From Camelus dromedarius (Eukaryota), in the NCBI RefSeq assembly GCF_036321535.1, contig NC_087436.1, forward strand, positions 55,120,001 through 55,184,000: a stretch of DNA of 64,000 bases, in the 5' to 3' direction. The notes under the pieces are model-generated. The model did no database searches. It was not told where the DNA came from and worked only from the letters and a program-made list of their open reading frames with translations. The translations under genes were made by a program, and so were the position numbers. This document shows positions 11,860 through 24,524 of this stretch, piece by piece (within the stretch, counting starts at the first letter, position 1; each line of letters starts with the position of its first letter).

Positions 11860-12820
11860 ATCATACTTTTTTGAATAAAAAAGAATCCATGAATCCATAA
11901 AAATACTGAAAAAATGAGGTAATAAGGATAAAGAAACATTCTTCTTAACAAAATTTGATAGCTATAAATTTGTAAGAAATAGTAAAATTAGATTTTTCCA
12001 TTTTATAACTTTCAATATAAACTCAATTCACACAAGTATCATTAATGGATGCTGAAACCTAAATGGATGCCATCACAATGAGATTGCTTATTAATTACAA
12101 AAGGAAAACTTCGCCTGTTTAATGGAAGGACTTGATAGAAGCCAACATTATCTAATTCGGTATCTTCAATAATAGGATAAACTGACGTCACATGACCTTG
12201 AGGTGACGTAATGGTAAGTGCCTATGTAGTGGTTGTGCTTTGCAGGATTCTTACCAAAAGTACTTCAGTTGAATCTGTTTATGTGGAGACAGTCAGAAAG
12301 GTCTGCAAAACAACTGATCTGGACTATTCAAAATATCAAGGATATAAAACACAACACGAGGCTGGGGAGCTGTTCTGTAGGAGACTGACATGGCAAAACA
12401 ATAAAATGCCATGTGTGATTTACAATGGGATTCTAGATTTAAATAAATAAAAAACAGCAACAGAAGAGTTACCAAGAACATCATTTGGATAATCAGGAAG
12501 TTTTGAATATAAACGTTATATAATCCTTATAACTGATCATATTGGGTCAGTGTTTTATTTAGTGGGTATAATTATGGTATTGGTCTTATATAGGAGTGTA
12601 TTTTAGTTTTTAGGAGAATATATATTGCATTATTTAGGAGTATGTGGAATGATGTCTACAAACTAATGTCAAGTGGTTAGATATAAATAAACACATATAT
12701 GAAGAGCAGGGGGCAGAGAGATTGCAGAGGCTAATATTTGGTAAATCTGGCTGAAGTGTTTGAAAGTGTTCATTTTACTATTTTTTTCAATCTTTCTATA
12801 TGTTTGAAATTAAAGTTTGA
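11860..12820 (+). mobile_element. L1MC5/L1ME-like 3'UTR
   Basis: gcttattaattacaaaaggaaaac...atattgcattatttaggag...gatgtctacaaac...ggtaaatctggctgaag...gttcattttactatttttt. Confidence 0.7.
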
Positions 12821-14384
12821 GATGGATCTTGAACTAGGCTATTGACACATTCTCAACTCTTGAACTCTTAACTGATTAATCAAAAGCTATATCAAGTAAA
12901 AATAATAACAATACCAACAATCACGAAGAAAAGAAAGCCTGTGCATGGCTCATACGTGTGGAAATTAAATGAAGTCCATAAGAATGTTGCTTGCATTTTA
13001 CATATTTATATACCAAGGATTCTTTCTATATAACATCATTATTAATAGATTCCTCTGAAAAGCAACATTAGCACTTGGAAGATTAACATAAGTCATCAAA
13101 AGACATGAGCCCTGGATCATTTAAAATGATTCTGGAAATACATGGGAAAATGTTTTATTATCTGTGAGGTAAAACCTTTTAGCAGTTGAAATAGAGAAGC
13201 ATTGCTTCTAGGATTTCAAAATGCAACAGGATGCAGAAAAAAAGGTTATAAATTGTCTTTAATACAAGAGTTGTAGATAGGGACTTTCAAAACTAAATAT
13301 AATACATATTATATATTTATATTATATTACATATTACCTATAGTTGATAATATATATGCAGTATATTTTATGTATATTTAGATATACTTTAGCTAATTGC
13401 TATGTTAGATTTTTATTTACAAAGACAACTGAAAACCTATAAACAATTTTCCTTTAGATATTTTCCCACTAGCATGAAGCTAAAAATATAACATCAATGT
13501 AAATTAGACCAAAAATGTTCAACATTATTTAGAGCAGTAAATTTAAATTAAAAGAGGATGTATATTTTTCACTTAGTAATTTTCTTCTTCTATTCGACAT
13601 TTTTTTTCTTCTACTTTCTTTTATCCTATGCTTAACCCAAATGAACAGTCAGTAAAGGAAATTGCAGTTACCGTGAATGCATTTTATCTCTACCTTAGCA
13701 AGAAATCTTTAAAAAACAATCCTTGGATCGTAGTAAATATTTTCTCATCTCTTTATTGTCAGTAAATGCTGTTTTCCTCCTTTAAAGTCACATATGTCTA
13801 TTTCTTAGCTATGCTTTGCTACACACTGCTGTGAAAGGAGAGAAAATTATTGGATATTTATGTTTAATACACAACATACTTTCTATTTTAAATTTTAAAA
13901 CAGTTTATAGACCATAATTCTGAAACAGTTTTCTAAGAAATAACTTCATTAATGGTAAGTGGATATTATATTTTGGTTTGTGTACCTTTCTATAATTGGA
14001 AATCAAAGCATAATTTTGAGAGGGACCTTTGGATAGGAGGGAAATATCTTATGAGAATAAAGTACTTCAAAAAAATTGTACCTGGAGAAGAAAAAGGGCA
14101 CTAAAAAAAGATAATTAGATCTTTTAACTTTGGCTATTTATAGCACATTTAAAGTACATTTAGGAAGCTAGATGATATGTAATGAAACTCCTTCTTTTTC
14201 TAACTTACAAACTTCCAAAACTTCTAAGAGATTTTTTAAAATAATTTTATTAGATATGTCAACTTGCTTTTTAAGTTCCAAAAAATATTTTTATAGTTCT
14301 TTATATTTACCCCAACATCTATGTTCATGTCTCCAATGGCAAGTTTTTTATAGCAGATTGTTATCAGAGCATCATTTATTATTA

Positions 14385-14462
14385 TTGTATTTCCCACTGG
14401 ACAAGCACACAACTTTGCATAGGGCAGGCACACAGTATGTGTTTGTTGAAAGTAACAAATGT
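14385..14462 (+). mobile_element. L2 3' end fragment
   Basis: gcacacaactttgcatagggcaggcacacagtatgtgtttgttgaa. Confidence 0.45.
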
Positions 14463-15034
14463 TGACTCAAGTGATATTTAGACTTTATTATAATACATTA
14501 TATGAAAGCATGTTATAAAGAGCTCAAATTTGAGTGAAATAGACTTGTCAAACTGTGTATTTAATCACAATCTCTGGAACTTCCTTTAAATATTTTTAGA
14601 TATAATAACAGTATTGGTTTATAAATGAGGTATGGAAATGAGGAAAGAAAGCCATTATATACATGGGTATTCATGGACATGTTTGTGCACTTAAGGTGGG
14701 GACAGAAGAGGAGAGCATAACAAAACTAGTAATAAGCAGATGGCTTAAGTGTTTAGTTCAAGCACCAGAGCAATTATAGATAATACAGTCTTTTCTTAGG
14801 TTTCAAATGTATTTTTCTCTTGGAGAAGGAAATATTGCCTGAGACAGACACTCATTCACTAGAGAAATTAAAAATGACAGATGTCTTCTGATTCCTTCCT
14901 AATGTCTTACCCACTGTAATAAGATGGGAAAGTTATTGTTTTATCTTGGGTTTCACAAGAGGAATTATAAAAGATTTTTTCAAATGATGAGAAATTACAA
15001 ATGTATACTGTATGTGTTACGTGGTTAATTTACA

Positions 15035-16602
15035 TTGTATAATTAGAAAGATTGTGTTTGGGGGGCAAGCACACTTGACACCTTTGGTATTAAACTCATG
15101 GGATTCTCAGTGGCTAGGGGCATTGACCAATATGAAAAGAACTTTAAAAGGCAGTTTCCTTACTGGCAAGGTGTTTCTGACTTCAGGGACAAAGCATGGC
15201 TAACACCAATCCAGAAAAAGTGCTGTTTTTGTCCAAGCCTTCTTGTTGTAGCACAACCAAAGGACTGGCAGCTGGTGTGTATCTTTCCCTCAGGGCTTGG
15301 GGGATAGCAGCTTTATACATAATGGCGATCCTGATATGACTGCATTTGAATATCCCTTTATGCCTTAAATCCTGGTGCTTATTTCTCTTCTGTACTAATA
15401 AATGTATTTTGTAGTATTTTTGTTTCCAAAATAGGGCACTTCCATCTGCATTTAAAACCTATTCGGGCAAATATACTTTCTCCTCGATGATTTTCTAAAA
15501 GGCATCTGAGAACCCATCTATTGCCTGTTGGTCAGCAGAAGCTGCTTCTCCTGTTATCTCCACATTTTTTAAGCCAGGCTTCTTTTTAAAATTATCAAAT
15601 GCTCCTTTATTGGCATTAACTTCTCCAGCTTTATATCCTTCACCTTCCTTTTGCTTTAAGTTGTCATGTAATAACTTTGTTTTTTTCTCAGATCACATTA
15701 GAATTTATAGATATGCTTTTCTTATAGCAATCCTACACCCCCATAAAGGCTGTATTTTCAATATGAGTTAAAAAGGTATTTCCACCAAAGTACAAGGTTT
15801 TTGTGCCTGCTGGCATAGCTGCAGCTACAGCTTCACGAATGTCCTTTTTTTTTTTTTTTTTTTTACATTGGTCCTTATGCTGGATTCATTTATCTTGAAA
15901 CGGTGGGCAATGGCAGCTACAAACCTCAATCTACAGTACATACATTTTTCTTAATGTCATGACTTTGCTTCTTGGGAGTAAGTCCAGCATCACTAGTGGC
16001 ACTTCATACGGGCTCCATGTGTTACTCAGTATTACCATATTGCACTAAACATGATGAAAATACGTGAGAACTGAGAAAGATCACTTTTTATTGTGATATA
16101 CAATTTACTGGAGAGAGAAACTGCTCATATGGAGATGATCAGTGTTACACGATGTTTTAAGCTGATAATCACAACACTTGAACTCACCACAAATAGCAAC
16201 AGGAGGTAGCTACAAAATTATTACAATAGTACAATATACCCCGCAGTTAACTTTATGCATTTATGATTTAATACATTTGTTTACATTTCTCTCCACTGCT
16301 AATGGCACCATGTAAGATCTGTGTTTGTGTGCATGAATTTTGATAAATGTTAACTGTATACAATAGATTTGTATGTGTTTTATGGTAGTAAATGATAAAA
16401 TACATTAGTCTTTACATATTTTATGCATTCATGACATACCTTTTTCTTAATTTTTTGATATTTCTAGACTATGTAGTTCATCTTCAAGTTTTTTTTTCAA
16501 ATTGTCACAAATCTCAAATTTTTTTCCAACATATTTATTGGAAAAAATCCACATATATGTGGACCCACACAGTTCAAGCCCATGTGGTTCAAGGGACAAC
16601 TG
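15035..16602 (-). mobile_element. Tigger2 (TcMar/pogo) DNA transposon, 5' part with decayed transposase
   Basis: Terminal ..cagttcaagcccatgtggttcaagggacaactg followed by TA (16603-4). Hand translation of the minus strand gives GEAASAD (~15531-15551), NADGSALFW (~15426-15452) and LPFKVLFILVNAPSH (~15110-15154), all pogo/Tigger transposase motifs. Stops and frameshifts are present. Confidence 0.92.
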
Positions 16603-16604
16603 TA

Positions 16605-17740
16605 TATCATGTTTACACTTCTTTGAATTATTCCATAAGTTCAGAAGCTCAATTCTTTTTTTTGGGGTGGGGGGGTTCTTTTTTCTTCGCTTTGGATAGA
16701 ATGCATTGCTGTGTTTGCAAGTTCATTGATTCTTTTTATCCCCTGCAATATCTAATCTACCCTTAGGCCCATCCAATAAAAATTTAATATTAGATAATCT
16801 AGTTTTTATATGTAGAAATTTTCTTTTGGTATTTAAAAATGTTCCATTTTTATCTGTTAGGTTTCTATTTTATTTTAAATACTCACATATAATTATAATA
16901 GTTCTTTTAGCATTTTTGTTTTATTTCTATCATCTCTATAATTTCTGGGTCTGTTTTAAGTCAGTTTTATGCTAATTATGCATCACAGCTTCTGACTGTC
17001 TGACTTTTGCAGTAATTTTAATAGGATGTTGAGCAATTTTATTAAATAGTGTTTTAACAGTTTTTTGCCCTAAAATTGAGTTTTTGGATAAATTTTATCC
17101 TTGTTTGTTTTTAAGCTTTGCTAGTGCATGAGTAATCATAGGCATGGAAGAATATATTCACTCCAGAGAAACCTCACCACTTACTGAGACACAGTCTTTC
17201 TTGGATCTCCACTGATTACTGAAGGGTCTCTACTTGTTGTGGGTTGCAGCATGGGTGTCTGCCTGCCCTGTGTGAGCCTTTGGAATTGTTATGCTTACAC
17301 ATCCCTGGTCTTCTTTGCCCTGACTCTTAGAGTTTTACTCCAAGTGTACACAGCCTGGTACTCAGCAAAGACTCGAGAATCTCTAGACAGATTTCCAGAG
17401 AACTTTGTGAACATAGCTCCCTCCTCTCCAGAACTCTGACTTACACTTCTAGCTGGCACAGAGTCCTCAAAAATCTGATTTCTTTCTTCTCAATTCAGCA
17501 TGTCAAAATGCCAAGGCCATTTGGATTCCCTCTCTTGCCTTACTGGTCTGTGAATTGTCTCTAGGAAAGGAAATGAGGAAATATATGTCCCACATTACTT
17601 ATGTCCCATCTTTCAAGGGTCACAAGCCTGCACTACGTTTTGTTCAGTGTCGAGGAAGTTTCATATATTTTTTGTAGTTTCTAGTTGTTTATGGTGTAGA
17701 GTTCTGCTCTTGTTTCTCCTTCACGGATAGAAGTAGAAAT
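16605..17740 (-). mobile_element. L1ME/HAL1-type 5'UTR plus ORF1 fragment
   Basis: Reverse complement starts atttctacttctatccgtgaaggag...ccataaacaactagaaactacaaaaaatatatgaaac, typical of L1ME/HAL1 5' ends. ORF1-like sequence at 16620-17050. Confidence 0.65.
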
Positions 17741-17844
17741 TTGTTATGTAAAACTGATCCAAAAATCAATGTTAGAATTAAACTAAAGACCTATAGTAGT
17801 GGTAAACCTATGTAATCTTAGTTCTAACAGTGAAAGCAAGGCTT

Positions 17845-18005
17845 GAGATAATGGGAAAACATGGACTTTACAGTGTCATACACCTGGATTTGGATGTTGA
17901 CTGTCTCAAAAGACAGGTTACTTAATTTTTTGACTTTTAATTTCTTAAACTATAAAATGTTATTATAAAAAATTACCTCAACTATTTTTGTGAGGATTTA
18001 ATTAG
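17845..18005 (+). mobile_element. MIR SINE
   Basis: aaaacatggacttt...cacctggattt...ggttacttaa...ttcttaaactataaaatg...ttgtgaggatttaa. Confidence 0.65.
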
Positions 18006-18699
18006 GCATTAGGCCTACATCTTAGCTTGTCACTATCTCTAGATTTGATGTATGAAATCAAAGAAAATAAAAAAGTAATCAAAAAGTGTTTATGCTTACA
18101 TTTGTTTTAGTCACAATTTGAGCAATTTAATTCATTTAAATGATAAAAAACCTCATTCTCAAGTATAAATGAGAAGAAAATCAATTGATGTTTGTCATAA
18201 GTTTAATTTTATTTTTTATGTCCTCTACAAGATTCAACAATAAATCAAGCACAAATCCCCAAGCAGATGGCTTGTCAGCTACAAAGCAGAAAGCTTTCAT
18301 TTCTATTAGTTACATGTGTAACCTAAGCTCAGTTTTCACATTACACATTGTCTAAGTAGAAAGCTATTTTTAATCAACATGTTGTAATTTGCCTCCACAG
18401 AAGATTTTCTCCTTTTTATATTTGCAGTATTTTTTGTTTACTGTATTTGATACTGTCCTTTCAGCCATATTTTGATGAAAATGACAAGATGGTCAGTAAA
18501 AATGTAAAATAGGGAAAAATTAAGTACAATCTTAAAAATATTTCCTTCCAATTTATTTGTAAACATTGCTGCCTTTCCTCCACTCCCCGTTTGCCTCATT
18601 TTGGAGAGAAGAGTTAGAGGACATGATAGTTTCCAGAAGACCAGCTTGTGGCAAAAGAAAATCAGAGAACCTCTGATGGCTAAGGATAAACTAAATTTT

Positions 18700-18795
18700 T
18701 AAGTGAAGCTTTGACTGTCCGCCATGTACCAGGTATGTTATAGGTTCTGGGGATACAGTAGTGAAAACAAAGCTTTGCCGTCATGAAGATTAAGC
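18700..18795 (-). mobile_element. L2 fragment
   Basis: ccatgtaccaggtatgttataggttctggggatacagtagtgaaaacaaag. Confidence 0.6.
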
Positions 18796-18797
18796 AT

Positions 18798-19005
18798 TAA
18801 AGCTAACACACATAGTGTTTACTGAGTTCTAAGTATTTTAAAAATATTAACTCATTAAAACCTCAGAACACTCTATGAGATAGGTAGCCTTATTTTCAGA
18901 GACATTGAGACACAAAGGTTATTGATTTGCCCCAACTCCCACAGTCAGTAACAGGCAGAGCTGTAGGTACAGCCTAGCACATCAGACCCCAAAGCCATGT
19001 TTTCA
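18798..19005 (-). mobile_element. MIR SINE
   Basis: attaactcattaaaacctcagaacactctatgagataggta...ttgccccaactcccacagtcagtaacaggcagagctg...caaagccatg. Confidence 0.75.
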
Positions 19006-19020
19006 TATGTGCTAGTGGGT

Positions 19021-19044
19021 AGAGAGAGAGAGAGAGAAAGAGAG
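19021..19044. repeat. (AG)n microsatellite
   Basis: agagagagagagagagaaagagag. Confidence 0.85.
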
Positions 19045-19125
19045 ATCACATTAAATATAAAGGAGTAAAATGCACCCTGCTCTCCACACCTGTTGGTTCT
19101 GCTTGTGCAGTTTGGGAGAGCTAAC

Positions 19126-19222
19126 TGTACTATCCCGTTCTGTATACAGGACCTGAGCATCAGCTGATTTGGTGTCTGCAAGGGTTCCTGGAACCAATCC
19201 TCCGTAGATACTGAGGGAAGAC
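19126..19222 (-). mobile_element. MER2/Tigger3-type terminal fragment
   Basis: ggacctgagcatcagctgatttggtgtctgcaagggttcctggaaccaatcctccgtagatactgagggaagac matches the MER2/Tigger3 terminus. Confidence 0.75.
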
Positions 19223-20245
19223 ATTAGATAATTATTCATGTCTTGGAGTAAAATAGAACAAGGAAGAAGACTAAGGGAAACTATGTATGGAAAACTATCA
19301 GGAAAGTGACATTTGAGTAAACCTGTTGAAAAAAATATGTATGTTTGTACATATATATGTATTTATATTTTTAAGGTGTGTCTGTATATAATGTGTGTGT
19401 TTATATATGTGTATATGTGATATATATATCCTTTAAAATTAAGTAGATGAAAAAGGCTAAAAATTTCAAGTCAATATACCAATTAGCACAGGACATTTGT
19501 TCAACTTGTGAATATTATGTTTAACTATAATTGCTTCTGTCAGTCAACATTAATTCAAACTGAAAAATATCCAAAATATTCAAATAATTGTTAGTAATGG
19601 AAAATATTAGTGACTTAAAATAGGAGCTAACAGCCTGTTTTCTTATGTTCCTAGATGATTACTAATATAATCTTTGGTGATCAACTCTGGTCATAAAATG
19701 GAATGTGATTGATCATTATAAAGTGTTCACTAATGATGATTAATTGTACTGATTAAAAATAAGTGCTAAACCCTGCAACTGTTTAACATGCAATTGTTGA
19801 AAAAATTCACTCTGAAAATTATGCAACTTATTTTACTTAAACATAACATTTTGCTGTGTTTTAATTACACTAAGTATACTTGCATAGATCTCTTAATGAC
19901 TTACTAAAAATGACAGATATTTAATATGATTTTTCTTTTATAAATATGTCTTAGTAAAGGCCAAAAGCATCATGATTTGGTTAATAGTGAATAATGCATT
20001 TTATAAGAAAAGAGTTAGCCATCATAGCATCAGAAGTTATTTATTCAGGCATGGCTTTTTGTTTTTTACCTAATATTTTATACAATAGAGTCATTAATTT
20101 TGCTCGAAGTCAATTAACTTGCAGAAACATAAGCATGACTTTAAGCACATAAAGAAAAATTAAAATGCTTTTGATAGTGTGATCTTTTAAATGAAAATAT
20201 CATCAGTGCCGGAAAACAAAGGTCTAGGAACAAACAAAATTATGA

Positions 20246-20472
20246 CAGAGTTTTCTTACCCTCTGCACTACTGACATCTTGGGAATGGATGACTTTTCCT
20301 TGAGGAAGACTGTCTCAGGCATTGCAAGGTATTTAACTTCATGTGTGTCCTCTACCCACTAGATGCCAGTAGAATCCGCTCACCCACCAACCTTGTTGTG
20401 ACATCCGAGTATCTTTCCAGACCTGGCCAAATGTCCCCTGGGGGACAAATTACCCCTGGTTAAGAACCACTG
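20246..20472 (+). mobile_element. MER20 (hAT-Charlie MITE), full length
   Basis: cag..ctgcactactgacatcttggg...ctctacccactagatgccagtag...ccaaatgtcccctgggggacaaattacccctggttaagaaccactg. Confidence 0.88.
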
Positions 20473-20524
20473 ATATTGAAAATGTATTCTTATGTTAGTA
20501 GTTGTCTTAATAATAGGTGAACAC

Positions 20525-20780
20525 AAATTTGTTTATTGGGCACAAATTATGTACCAGGTGTTTTGATAAGTGCTAAAATACGTATCACCTCATTCATTTA
20601 CTTTATCTACCATATGAGGAAGCACTCTTGTGATGCTCATGTTAGAGATGTGGGAACTGAGCTCCAAGAGCTTGACTTTCATGTCCAAAGCTCTGTAAAC
20701 AGTAAATAGGAGAGAAAGCACTTGAAGCCAGAAAGTCATAGCCGTCTGATTTCAGGAATTATACTCTTGACTACTTTTCT
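20525..20780 (-). mobile_element. MIR SINE
   Basis: tttattgggcac..tatgtaccagg...catatgagg...agatgtgggaactgagctcc...gtctgatttcag. Confidence 0.7.
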
Positions 20781-21818
20781 TCATTCCCCTCATTTTCTTA
20801 AAGTTTGAATTTGAAATGTTTTAATGGATTCAAGGATCAAAATGTAAAAAGAGAAATTTATAGCCAATAAAAATGGTTTTGACATTTTGTAGACTGAGGT
20901 AAATACTATGGGTGCCATTTAAAATATACAAAACACACATTATACCACATCACATGATTTATCAGTTGGTGCTGGGGAAAGTGTTTCACTGCTGATTGGG
21001 TTTGGCTGACAGATCCAAGGGGAAGGAGGAGGGCATGGGCAGGAGTACCTCTCAAGACATTGCAAAGCCCTAAGGACTGGGACGAATGAATGCCAGAAAG
21101 TAAAGAAAAACCCGAACTCTAGAGAGAGTATGTTAAACCTGCCAAATCAACAGAACAAAAGAGAAACATCTGCCAGATTCCGTTAACCAGGATATTAGAA
21201 TTGATGAATTAAAAACAAAAATGAAATAAAAATTCAAGTATCATTATAATTTGTATAATAATGAGGTTTTAAAGTAGGAATATTGGACAGAGATCTCATC
21301 AGTCTGTGGGAAGAGCCCTTGAGCAGACACGTCTCATGTTTGATGCTGCCAAAACCTTTAACCTAATTTTTTCAGGTTTTCTTGTCATGGCAATCACTCC
21401 TTTGACTACAGGCAGTTTTCAACTTAAAAACTTTTTTATTAAAAAAATTAACTTGTAACACAATTGCAAAATAAGTTTTCTCATTGATAATAACGCATGT
21501 GCATGCTAATGACTTGCTGATGTGAATCATCAAATAACAGTCAACAGGAATGAATATGAATATATTAGAAACCAAATCAAAATAAACAAACAAAAATCCT
21601 TATCACCATGTAAATATTTTCCAATTCTAGGACAGGAAGGGAGCTGATTTCTGAATAAAATACCACCAGAACAGGTTGACAGATTAAAATGGAAACAAAT
21701 AGAGTAGAAAAAAGATATTAGTGTATATAAAATAGTTTAATTCATACTGAAAGCCAGCAAAGTAGATCAAGAAGAAAATAATTGATTGATTATTAATATT
21801 CTTTAACTAGTTGACTGC

Positions 21819-22547
21819 TGTATAAGTTTCCTACTGCAGCCTGATGAATTACCACAAATTTAGCAGCTTAAAACAACACACTTACTATCTCAGTTTCCAT
21901 GTGTCAAGTCTAGTCTACGATCCAGTGTTGATCAGAACAGCATTTTCATCACAGGCTGGACTGGAGAAAGATTCACGTCCAGACTCTCTCAGGTTGCTGA
22001 CAGCATTAGAATCCTTACAGTTACAGAACTCTCTTGATGGACATTGCCTGGAACCACTTTCAGCTCTTATAGATTGCTTGCATTTTCTGGACACAAGGCC
22101 CTCTGTGTAAGCATTCTCACAAGGTGGCAGCTTATTTCTTCAAAACCAGGAAGAGAAAGAAGTCCTTCTGACAGGCTTGCATACAAATACGTGCTTGTAT
22201 ACTTTTACAGAGAAGTGCATGCTTGCATACATATATATATGCATATACATATATGTATGGATGTGTTTTTATACAGGAATAGATATATATATATAGCTGT
22301 AGATACAGATATAAGTATACATGTATGTATCTATATAAAATATATTTGTATATATTTATCTATAATAAATATAGATACATATATAAATATATAGACACAT
22401 ATGAATGTAATTGTAATCATGGAGTGGTATCTCTGCACCTTTGCCATGTTTTATTGGTATCAAGCAAATCCCAGATCCAGTCCACATTCAAGATTAGGGG
22501 ATTATACAGAGTATAAAAACAGATCATCCTAAATTTTGTCCACCACA
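21819..22547 (-). mobile_element. MLT1 (MaLR) solo LTR, MLT1D/E/F-like, with internal TA-rich expansion
   Basis: tgtataagtttcctactgc...aattaccacaaatttagcagcttaaaacaacac ... ttttgtccaccaca. 5-bp TSD actgc/actac (4/5). Confidence 0.85.
22225..22405. repeat. Degenerate (TA)n/(TACA)n low-complexity tract
   Basis: About 180 bp of atat/acat/atag units inside the MLT1 LTR. Confidence 0.85.
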
Positions 22548-23199
22548 ACTACTCTGAAAAGCATCAGTTCAGAATAACCTATGCTGGAAAATCAACTTTT
22601 ATCTTATTGGTTTTAAAATTTTAAATGAAAAAGCAAACAAACGAAACACCAGAAACATAACCATGAAATTAGAAGAAAATATTCATTTTAAATAAAAAAT
22701 ATATTTTACCTCTTTGTAGGATAGAATTTCCTAAGAATAGCATTAGCATCTGTTTCAGAATAAACTTGCTCTTCTCTGGGAAAAAGACATATTTGGCAAC
22801 TCTGGGAAGTGACAATGTGACATTTCCAGGTCTCTCTGCATGAGAGAGAAGAATCCTTGGAAAAATATTTTGCAAAAACTTCTTTTCAATCCTCTTCAAC
22901 TAACAGCCTATATGACAGTAACAAATATGTCATCAAATCTAAGAATCAATTAAAAGATTATATTTCCTCTCAAAGGAAAAACCTGATAATTAGTTATCAA
23001 TTTGCTGAAATTTTTACTTATTAATAAAACAGTTTTAGATGTAGTTTAACTAGATTTTTATCACTCTATTAAAAAAGAAAGCATTTGTAAAATATTGGTT
23101 AAGATGGTCATGATATTTATTCACTTTCAGATTTTGACTTTTTTTTTTTATTTTAAAGAAAATTATTTTAACTTGGAGTGCCCCAAATCCTATTTATTT

Positions 23200-24305
23200 T
23201 CCTTTTTTCTCCCAGTTCTATTGGGATATAATTGACATGCAACACTGTATAAGTTTAAGATATACAGCATAATGATTTGATTTACGTACATCATGAAGTG
23301 ATTATCACAACAATTTTAGTGAACATGTATTATCTTATATGGGTACAAAATTAAAGAAATAGAAAACAATTTTTTCTTGTGATGAGAACTCTTAGGATTT
23401 ACTCTCTTAACAACTTTCATATGTAACATATAGCAGTGCTAATTATATTTAGATAAATACCCAGGAATGGAATTGCTGGATCACATGGTAATTCTGTTTT
23501 TAATTTTTTGAGGAGTCTCTGTACTGTTTTCCATAGTGGATGCACCAATTTACATTCCCACCAACAATGCACAAAGGTTCCCTTTTCTCCACATCCTTGC
23601 CAACACTTGTTATTTGTTGTCTTTTTGATAATAGCCATTCTGACAGGTATGAGGTGATATCTCATTGTGGTTTTGATTTGCATTTTTCTTTTTTCTTTTC
23701 TTTTCTTTGTTTTTGTTGTTGTTGCAAATTTTATTTTTAAAAGCTAAATAATATTCCATCAAATGTATATAATACATTTTCTTTACCCATCTTCTGTAGA
23801 TAAAGACATTTAGGTTATTTCCATATTTTAGCTACTGTCAGTAATAATGCAATAAACAAGAAGTGCAGATATATCTTTGAGATTTATAGCTTAATGACTT
23901 TGTGTATATACCTAGAAATGGGACTTCTGGATCATATGGTAATTCCACTTTGAAATTTTTGAGAGAACTCTATATTGTTTTCGATAGTGGCTGCCCTCAT
24001 GATTTGCATTTTTCTGATGATTAGTGATGATGATCATCTTTCCATGTGCCTATAGGTCATCTGTATGACTTCCTTGGAAAAATGTCTATTCAGATCCTTT
24101 GCCCATTTTTCAGTTGAGTTTTTGTTGTTGTTGTGTTGTATGAGTTTTGTATTTGGATATTAACCCCTTATCAGATACATTGTTTGCAGATAATATTCTC
24201 CCATTCAGTACGTGACCGTTTCTTTTGTTGGTAGTTTCCTTTGCTGTGCCAAAGCTTTTTAGTTTGAAGAGCACCATTTCTTTTTCTTTTTTTTCTTTGC
24301 CTTAG
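23200..24305 (-). mobile_element. 5'-truncated laurasiatherian-type L1 (3'UTR plus ORF2 C-terminus), interrupted by a nested insertion
   Basis: ORF 23417..23683(-) [54 protein letters not shown] is the ORF2 Cys-rich C-terminus. 3'UTR at 23200-23445, with an internal deletion near 23445. Confidence 0.92.
23690..23999 (-). mobile_element. Nested retroposed L1-derived fragment with degenerate poly(A) tail and perfect 16-bp TSD
   Basis: TSD tgatttgcatttttct at 23674-23689 and 24000-24015. T-rich tail at 23690-~23720. AATAAA on the minus strand at 23730-23735. Confidence 0.85.
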
Positions 24306-24524
24306 GGGATGTGTCCAAAAAAATCAACTCAAAGTTAATGATAACTGCTTTAACCAAACACTATAGTAATCTGTGGTGTATTGAAGAGATGGAAATGCAG
24401 CATATACTGAAAGAATATTTCACTCTTGTTTCTAAGCCAGTGATACACATATCAATTCAGGTACTTATTTTTCATCTTGGTAAAATAAGAATCTCTGTGT
24501 TTTAGTGTGTATATTAAATGGCAC

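Noticed and set aside
13904..13960. Possible small exon (acag|...atg|gtaagt)
   Set aside because: Stop codons in all three frames and a weak polypyrimidine tract, with no partner exons.
22225..22405. ORFs with Y/I/H-rich translation
   Set aside because: Artefact of the TA-rich microsatellite.
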